This document shows positions 9,214 through 15,497 of a DNA stretch of 22,862 bases, one piece after another. The stretch is from Planctomycetota bacterium (GTDB lineage: Bacteria; Planctomycetota; GCA-002687715; DRQF01). Where the stretch lies: the NCBI GenBank assembly GCA_036479435.1, contig JAZGFI010000075.1:1-22862 (forward strand). Direction: 5' to 3'. The number at the start of each line of letters is the position of its first letter. The first letter of the stretch is position 1. Both the position numbers and the translations under genes were made by a program. The notes under the pieces were generated by a model that made no database searches, was not told the origin of the DNA, and saw only the letters and a list, made by a program, of their open reading frames with translations.

Positions 9214-10323
9214 CTATCCGATGGCGGCGATCATGACCTCGAGTCGGGCTTTGATCGGGAGTCCCGCGGTCTTTTCCAGCAGGGCTTCGAGCTTCTTTTT
9301 CTGCGCCGCCAGTTTCTTCTTGTTCATACGGGCGCAAACATTGCAACCAGCTTGCTTGTGATCGTGCCCTAGGCGCTTGCAGTTCTTGCAGGGCTTCATC
9401 TTGTCGAGATGTTTTTGCACCTTGTCGAGCTTCTTTTCGATCTCGAGGGCGGCTTTGAAGTCATCGGAGCCCTTGAGTTCGACGAGCTTTTCGGTGACGG
9501 CAGGTCCCAGAGTGGTCCTGGATAGTTCCTTTTCGAGTGACTTCAGCTCTCGTTGGGCTCGCGACGGGTGTTGGCCCATGGCGTTGTCAATGTCCGCCAG
9601 TCGGCGGTCACGCCAGGACTCGACGGCATTCAACAGACGGTCTAAATCGCTGCGCAGCTCATCCGAAGTCCTTTCGTCGGCGAGTTTCTTCTCGATGGTC
9701 TTAAGGGTCGCGTTGAGTTTCTTGGGGCTGGCGATTTGGGCCGCCAGCTTGGGCGCGGCCTCAAACTTTTCTTTCCCGAGGTCGATCGAACGTGCGCGAT
9801 CGAGGAGCTTGTCGACCCATTCGATGAACTTGAGCCCGTCACCCTCGTGGTAGTCACCACACATGTGGTGGTGAGCGATCTTGCCGCGGTGGTCAAAAAC
9901 TATGTAGTAGGGAACGTAGCCGCTGCCCTTCACTTTTGGGTGACGGCCTTGTGATGTCACCGTGAAATTCGGGGTTTTGGCGGTAACTCCTTTGGACTTG
10001 ATGTAGGAAACGACTTCGGACTTGGGGTTGCTCTGGCAATGGGATGCCAGCAAATGAAAAGGACGTCCTTCGAGTCTCTTGGCCAAACTGACCAAGTGCG
10101 GGGTGATCGCGTGGCAACCCACTCAGCTTCCCCAGATCTCCATCAACACGACCTTGCCGACCAAGTCGCGCTTGTCGATTTGTTTGCCGTACCAATACTC
10201 ACCCAAGCTGATGTCGTTGATTGACTCGCCAATCGCGGGATCGTTCTGAGCCCAGGTCGATGGCAGGGTTGACCCAAGGGTCAGCGCGCTCGCCAATAAA
10301 AGTGCGAGAGGGGAAAAACGCAT
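9214..10323 (-). CDS. Putative selenoprotein (369 aa with UGA read as Sec): signal peptide, TlpA/thioredoxin-fold domain with UxxC, coiled coil, CxxC..CxxC tail
   Basis: ORFs 10123..10323 and 9214..10122 abut in frame across one TGA (10123-10125), giving DLVGKVVLMEIWGS-U-VGCHAITPHLVSLAKRLEGRPFHLL. This matches the TlpA pattern GKVVLxxFW..CxxC...PHL. GAGG RBS lies before ATG 10323. Confidence 0.82.
10078..10096 (-). promoter_or_regulatory. Candidate bacterial SECIS hairpin for UGA 10123-10125
   Basis: CTTGGTCA-GTT-TGGCCAAG, an 8-bp stem with one G-U pair. The loop starts with GU, 34 nt after the UGA. Confidence 0.4.
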
Positions 10324-10434
10324 GTTCGATTTCCTCGTGCTTTGAATTCGAAAAATCAGGGCCGGGGCTTCCAGGTTATCTGGAGTTTTGGCCTCGGTCC
10401 ATGATGAGGTCTGGAAAGACGTCCCTGGGCGAGA

Positions 10435-11118
10435 TTAGTTCAGCGAAGAATCTTCGAGTTTTCCGTCTCGGAGCTCGAGCCGGCGGGGGGCGCGAGCGGC
10501 CAGCGTTGGGTCGTGCGTCACCACAATAAGCGTGCGGCCCTGCTGGGGCAGCTCAGCGAGGAATTCGGAGACCAATTCAGCTTGCTCGGGGTCGAGATTC
10601 CCGGTCGGTTCATCGGCGAGGACGATTTCGGGGTCGTTGGCGAGGACGCGAGCCAAGGCGACGCGCTGCCGTTGGCCGACACTCAGCTCAGACGGTTTGT
10701 GATTGCCGCGGTCGGCGAGACCGACTTTGGCGAGGAGTTCTTCGGCCCGCGCCCGTTGGCGTTCGTTGGACCATCCCTTAAGCCACAACGGCAGTTGGAT
10801 GTTTTCAAGCGCGCTCAAATAGGGCAGGAGGTGAAAGGATTGGAAGACGAAGCCGACTTTTTCTTGTCTGTACGCCGCTCTTCGCGCGGCGGACTCCGCA
10901 TAGAGATCCTGGTCATCGACGACAACCTTGCCACTCGTGGGCGCCAGCATGCCGCCAAGTAACAGCAGCAGCGTGCTCTTGCCGCTACCGCTGGCACCGA
11001 CAATGGCGAGGTGATCGCCCGCGGCGATCTTAAGGTCACATGGTTTAAGAGCTTCGACGACGTCGCCCCGGCGGCAGCGAAAAGTCATGGCCGTAGCTTC
11101 CAATCGTAGTTCGCTCAT
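10435..11118 (-). CDS. ABC transporter ATP-binding protein, LolD/MacB-type
   Basis: GASGSGKS Walker A, GFVFQSFHL Q-loop, LSVGQRQRVALAR signature, LADEPTGNLD, VTHD. ATGA overlap with the permease. Confidence 0.96.
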   Translation of the reverse strand: MSELRLEATAMTFRCRRGDVVEALKPCDLKIAAGDHLAIVGASGSGKSTLLLLLGGMLAPTSGKVVVDDQDLYAESAARRAAYRQEKVGFVFQSFHLLPYLSALENIQLPLWLKGWSNERQRARAEELLAKVGLADRGNHKPSELSVGQRQRVALARVLANDPEIVLADEPTGNLDPEQAELVSEFLAELPQQGRTLIVVTHDPTLAARAPRRLELRDGKLEDSSLN

Positions 11119-12329
11119 TCGTCGCGTAGGGCCCTGGCGGGGTCAAGATGTAGAGCGCGCCAAATCGGCCAAAGACTGGCGAGAGCAGTGATGCCGACCG
11201 CGAGGAGCAGGGCGAGCGGCAACAAATCCCAGCGCAGCGGCACCATGACTTGGGCGAGGCGTGGCCCCAAAGCGGCGGCCAAGCCGACGCCGAGCAGCCA
11301 ACCTAGCAAGCCGCCGCTCAAGGCAATCAGAAGGGCCTTGGCCATGAACAACTTGGCAAAGAGCGACGCCGGGGCGCCGAGTGCTGACAACATGCCGAGT
11401 TCGCGACGGCGTTCGCGCAAGTTTGAGAGCATCGTCGCCAAGATGCCGGCACCGCCGAGCAATAAAGCGAGGCCCGACAACAGCCAGGACAAACCCTGCA
11501 TGGTGCGGTTGGTTTCGATCTGAGTCTCGACGATCTGCAAGACGGTCACGACGCGGGTTTCGGGGAGGAGTTTCTCCAGGCCTTCACCGAGACCTTTTGC
11601 GATTTCTCGACAACAGCCGACAATCTCAATTGCATTGATGACTTCGCCCGCGCCCGCGATTTCTTGCACGGTGTGCAAGTGCGCGAAGACTCGGGAGTCA
11701 TCGACGGTGCCGGTGACGGGGAGGATTTCGAGCACTTTGAACTGCCGCCCACCCAGCTCGATCTCGGATTCAGCCTTCCAGCCGTAACGCTGGCTAAGGT
11801 CGGCCCCGACCAAGACCTCGTCGGCGGCAAGGGTGTCGATGATGCGCCTGCGGACGGCGGTTTCTGGGAGCTTGGCGGGCACTGTTTCGCTGTCAGGGCC
11901 GCAGCCTTCCGGTGGGCGGGCAAAGACACCTGCCCCCTTCCAGGTGGCTTTCGCGGCAAATTCGCGTTGAGGCAAGATGCCGGTGAGGGTGACCTTCGCG
12001 TCGCCAAAGGCCACCGGGATGGAGAGTTTGGGCGAGACGTTGTCGAGACCCTTTAGGTCTGAGAGCGCAATTCTTGCGACGTAGGATTCGGGCATGACCG
12101 AACCACCGAGGTCGGCGGAGTAATAATCATCGACGGCGGTGCCGGGTGGTAAGACCAAGATGTTGGCGCCGAGGCCGTCGAGCTTGCGCGCGACGTCCGC
12201 TTCCGAGGCCTGCATCACCGAGCGCACGGTCACCACAAGCGCGACCCCTAATCCCACGGCCATCAAGGCGGTGAGAAAGGGGGATTTGCGTTCGCTGATT
12301 TCGCGGGTCACGAGCGTCGTGAGGCGCAT
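11115..12329 (-). CDS. ABC transporter permease, MacB/FtsX (LolC/E-like) family
   Basis: N-terminal TM, LGANILVLP, large periplasmic domain, ERRRELGMLSALGA, three C-terminal TMs, LDPARALR. Contains GCG and GCC cysteine motifs. Confidence 0.93.
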   Translation of the reverse strand: MRLTTLVTREISERKSPFLTALMAVGLGVALVVTVRSVMQASEADVARKLDGLGANILVLPPGTAVDDYYSADLGGSVMPESYVARIALSDLKGLDNVSPKLSIPVAFGDAKVTLTGILPQREFAAKATWKGAGVFARPPEGCGPDSETVPAKLPETAVRRRIIDTLAADEVLVGADLSQRYGWKAESEIELGGRQFKVLEILPVTGTVDDSRVFAHLHTVQEIAGAGEVINAIEIVGCCREIAKGLGEGLEKLLPETRVVTVLQIVETQIETNRTMQGLSWLLSGLALLLGGAGILATMLSNLRERRRELGMLSALGAPASLFAKLFMAKALLIALSGGLLGWLLGVGLAAALGPRLAQVMVPLRWDLLPLALLLAVGITALASLWPIWRALHLDPARALRDE

Positions 12330-12359
12330 GCGATGATCTTCTCGATGTGGGTGCTGAAG

Positions 12360-12398
12360 TCTCCCGGTACCCGGGAGAGTCGGACTATTTACAGTCCG
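12360..12398 (-). promoter_or_regulatory. Two tandem hairpins after the TGA-TGA; candidate SECIS element(s)
   Basis: Minus strand: CGGACT-GTAAAT-AGTCCG (12381-12398) and TCTCCCGG-GTA-CCGGGAGA (12360-12378). Both loops start GUA and neither has a U-tract, so they are not terminator-like. Confidence 0.45.
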
Positions 12399-13287
12399 GG
12401 ATCGCTCATCAGGGTGCGGCGTATTTGGCGGTGATCGCCAAGAGTAAGTCTTTAGTCACCTTGCCGGTAAGGCGCCCGAGTTCAGTGCCAGGAGGGGCGA
12501 GGACGAGGGCGGTTGGACAGGGAAGTGCGATGAGGGTTCCCTGGGCTAAGGCGACGTCAAAGTCTGGGCCAAATCGAAACTGCTCAAAGAAATCAGACCC
12601 TTTGGCCTGTTCCGCGCCAATGTTGACTCGAGCCAAGTTCGCGGAAGCCTCGGCATCCGCGAAGAGGGCCTCGATTCCCGTGACGTTTTCCATCGGATCA
12701 TGGGCGTAGCTTGCGAGCGCTCGCATGTCGACGATGACCAGCTTGCCCGCCTGAAAAGCCTCGAGGACTTTCGCGTGGGCCGGGCCGATAAAGGCCGTGT
12801 CCAACTCGTCGAGATCAAAGTCACCATCTTCATCGGCGAGAATCGTCTTCGTGATGGCGCCACTCGGCGCGATGACCATCACCACCGGCATGGGCATGCG
12901 CGCGAGATCCAACTTGCGGATTACAGGGGCTTGTCCCGACAAAGTCAGATCCACGGCCTGAAACTCGGCCTTGTGTTTGGGGTCGGCGGCCACTTCGCGC
13001 AAGGATTCCAACAAGTCGGCATCGAGGGTCTCGGCGTCTTGGTGGAAAAGTCCGACGAAGAACTTTTTCTTCGCGTGGGTCGCCTGCATGAGCTCCATGC
13101 CGTTCTCTCGATCTTCACTGCCCTTAGCCACTGGAGTCTCGACCGCGGAGGCGGTCGGCGGGGCTTTGGCAACTTTTTGTGGCGATGATGGGCTGCACCC
13201 CGCCAGGGTCGCGAAGACCAAAGTCGCAAAGATGATGCCGAGCGCTGGCGCTTGCTGCCAGCGTCTTGAAGGGGCTGCGTCGTTCAT
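12385..13287 (-). CDS. Lipoprotein with two thioredoxin-like folds, partner of the ABC exporter; probable C-terminal tandem Sec-Sec (300 aa with readthrough, 292 aa if stopped at 12409)
   Basis: Lipobox LAGC and two similar halves (VVMVIAPSGAI / ALVLAPPGTEL). The 3' end reads GCC GCA CCC TGA TGA GCG ATC CCG GAC TGT AAA TAG = AAP-U-U-AIPDCK-stop. The CDS itself is secure; the readthrough is inferred. Confidence 0.75.
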
Positions 13288-13371
13288 ACCTTCACCATCG
13301 GCAATTCGGGGGCTGACGACAAGTTTCGGGTGGATTCCGCACGAATTCCTGGGCCATGACCTCTTGCTGTC

Positions 13372-13950
13372 TTAGAGCGAAAGGCTCGGAACGTCCCAGG
13401 TCTCGGGCAGGCAAATGGGAGAGGCGATGACGACACTAATATCGGGCAAGGCGTCAAGAGCGGCCCTAAGGGCCTCGGCGCGGGCCTCATCGAGGTCGGC
13501 CAGGGGCTCGTCCAAGAGCAGTAGTTCCGGTCGCAACACCAATGCCCTAGCCAGGGCGACGCGCCGGATCTCGCCGCCGCTCAGGGTGCGCGACGAGCGC
13601 CTCAACAGATCTTTCAGCTCAAAGCGTTCGACGGCTTCGTCAATTCGCGGCTGACTCTCATTCGCTCGGATGCCGTGAGCCTTCAAACCGTAGCTGAGAT
13701 TGCTGCGCACATCGCCGCGAAACAAAAAGGGGCTTTGGTGAACAAAAACGCGCGCCTTTTGGTGCGCTTCAATCTTGACTTGACCTTGGGAGGGCACATC
13801 GAGTCCCGCCATCACGCGAAGCAGGGTCGACTTCCCCGAGCCGTTTTGGCCACGGATCAAAAAACGCTGGCCCCGCGCCAAAACAAAAGAGTCGAGTTTG
13901 AGAATCTCGTGGCCGTTGCGAGTCAGGCGAAGGCCGGTAATCTCAATCAT
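13372..13950 (-). CDS. tupC: Tungstate ABC transporter ATP-binding subunit
   Basis: True start is probably ATG 13950 (MIEITG, ATGA overlap with tupB) rather than 14157. Motifs GQNGSGKS, VHQSPFLF, LSGGE, LLLDEP. Follows tupA and tupB. Confidence 0.88.
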   Translation of the reverse strand: MIEITGLRLTRNGHEILKLDSFVLARGQRFLIRGQNGSGKSTLLRVMAGLDVPSQGQVKIEAHQKARVFVHQSPFLFRGDVRSNLSYGLKAHGIRANESQPRIDEAVERFELKDLLRRSSRTLSGGEIRRVALARALVLRPELLLLDEPLADLDEARAEALRAALDALPDISVVIASPICLPETWDVPSLSL

Positions 13951-14648
13951 GATTTCGCCTCCCGGTCGCGCTCGAAGGAAAGCAAAACCAAGATGCTGGT
14001 GACGCCGAGGGAAAGCAGCAGCAACAAAAAGCCCATGGCTAGTCCGCGGCTGTACTCGCCGCGGCTTGACTCTAGGACAATCGAACCCGCCAAGGTACGC
14101 GTACGGCCCGCGATGTTGCCGCCGACCATCACCGCCACGCCGAGTTCCGTCATGCAACGCGCCAGCGCGGTCAAGACGCCGAGCAGAATGCCCGTGCGGG
14201 CTTCCGACAAAAGTGTGAGGGCGTGGCGCAACTTCCCCGCCCCCAAAGTGCGCGCGGTTTCTGAGGCGCGGGGATCCAAAGCGGACACCGCCCCTTGGGT
14301 CAGCGAAAAAGTGATCGGAAGGGCGAGCAAGAACTCGCCCAAGATGATCGCCCAGGGGGTGTAGATCAGCTCCAACCCACCCAAGACTCCGCCGCGAGCA
14401 AAAAAGGAATAGCCGAGGATTCCGATAAAGGCGGTGGGGAAGGCCATGCCGGTCCGACCGAGCAAGATCAAAAGGCGGCGACCGACGAAGCGTTTGGTGG
14501 CGACAAATGTCCCCAGCGGAATACCGACCATCGCGGCCAAAAAGACCGCCGACCCGGAAACGAATAGGGTGCGGCCCGCGGCGTTCATGACCACGGGATC
14601 TTGATCGATGAGAAGCCGGAAAGCCTCGCGAATGCCGTCTGCGAACAT
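13947..14648 (-). CDS. tupB: Tungstate ABC transporter permease
   Basis: Hydrophobic protein with ETARTLGA EAA-loop and the TupB-type ELGVAVMVGGNIAGRTRTL motif. Confidence 0.92.
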   Translation of the reverse strand: MFADGIREAFRLLIDQDPVVMNAAGRTLFVSGSAVFLAAMVGIPLGTFVATKRFVGRRLLILLGRTGMAFPTAFIGILGYSFFARGGVLGGLELIYTPWAIILGEFLLALPITFSLTQGAVSALDPRASETARTLGAGKLRHALTLLSEARTGILLGVLTALARCMTELGVAVMVGGNIAGRTRTLAGSIVLESSRGEYSRGLAMGFLLLLLSLGVTSILVLLSFERDREAKS

Positions 14649-15497
14649 CTATCCGGCCTTCGGCGTCAAGGTCTTAAAGACGCGCACGCCGCCGACTTCG
14701 TAGTTGCGGATGATGTCTTGAGCCTCGGGGCCGATAAGGAACTCGGCAAATTTCTCCGCGAGCTTCACTCCTGCGGCGGGGCGACGATCCGGATTCACGC
14801 GAATGACCGAATAGGGATTGATCAGATTGGCACCGCCGGACACCAACTCAACGAGATCGAGGCGGTTTGCCACCCGGGCGAAGGTGCCGCGGTCGATGAG
14901 CAAGTAACACCTCAGTTCGTGCGCCATTTCCGCGGTGGCCCCCATGCCTCGGCCCGATTCGATGTACTCCGACCAAGGGCTGTAACCATCGACGAGCTTC
15001 CAAAGCTGCGCTTCGCGTTTGTGGGTACCACTGTCGTCGCCACGGCTGATAAAACGCGCACCTTGTTGGCAAATGCGGCGCAGGGCGTCCGCGACCTTCA
15101 TGCCTTTGACGCCCGCCGGGTCGTTCTTCGGACCGGCGATGAGGAAATCGCTTTGCATGACGGCCCGGCGCCCAAGGCCATGCCCGGCCGCCACAAAGGC
15201 TTCTTCGGCTTCGCGAGAGTGAGCGAAAACCGCATCAACGTCGCCGTTAGCGCCGAGCTTCAAGGCAGCCCCGGTGCCCACCGCGAGGACGATCACTTCG
15301 CAGGACTCACTTTTTTCAAAGAGGGGGATGAGTTGGTCGGCGATCCCGGAGTCACGCATCGAGGTGGTGATGGCGATGCGCAGGATCTTGTCATCGGCCC
15401 CGTCCTGGCAGCCCCAAAGGCAGCTCAGAACGAGGCCGACAGCGGCAGCAAAGCCTAAATGCCGGATTTCAAAAGCATCTCGTCGAAGGACTTGCAT
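14649..15497 (-). CDS. tupA: Tungstate-binding lipoprotein of ABC transporter
   Basis: Lipobox LWGC; ITTSMRDSG (TTTS-like), AVGTGAAL, FISRGDDSGTHKRE, GRGMGAT, DRGT, NPYSVI. The start overlaps the aor 3' end by 43 nt and is uncertain. Confidence 0.92.
   Translation of the reverse strand: MQVLRRDAFEIRHLGFAAAVGLVLSCLWGCQDGADDKILRIAITTSMRDSGIADQLIPLFEKSESCEVIVLAVGTGAALKLGANGDVDAVFAHSREAEEAFVAAGHGLGRRAVMQSDFLIAGPKNDPAGVKGMKVADALRRICQQGARFISRGDDSGTHKREAQLWKLVDGYSPWSEYIESGRGMGATAEMAHELRCYLLIDRGTFARVANRLDLVELVSGGANLINPYSVIRVNPDRRPAAGVKLAEKFAEFLIGPEAQDIIRNYEVGGVRVFKTLTPKAG

Noticed and set aside
9214..13287. Genome-wide UGA recoding (Trp/Gly, codes 4/25) as the explanation of the in-frame TGAs
   Set aside because: Many genes here end properly at TGA with ATGA/GTGA overlaps, and long genes have no internal TGA, so UGA is normally a stop.
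13951..14157. N-terminal extension of the 261-aa tupC ORF
   Set aside because: It overlaps tupB in another frame. ATG 13950 with ATGA coupling gives a normal ABC ATPase start.
14646..14651. tupA TAG immediately followed in frame by tupB ATG (possible readthrough fusion or pyrrolysine)
   Set aside because: Both genes are full length with normal termini. TAG-ATG is simple translational coupling and there is no pyl context.
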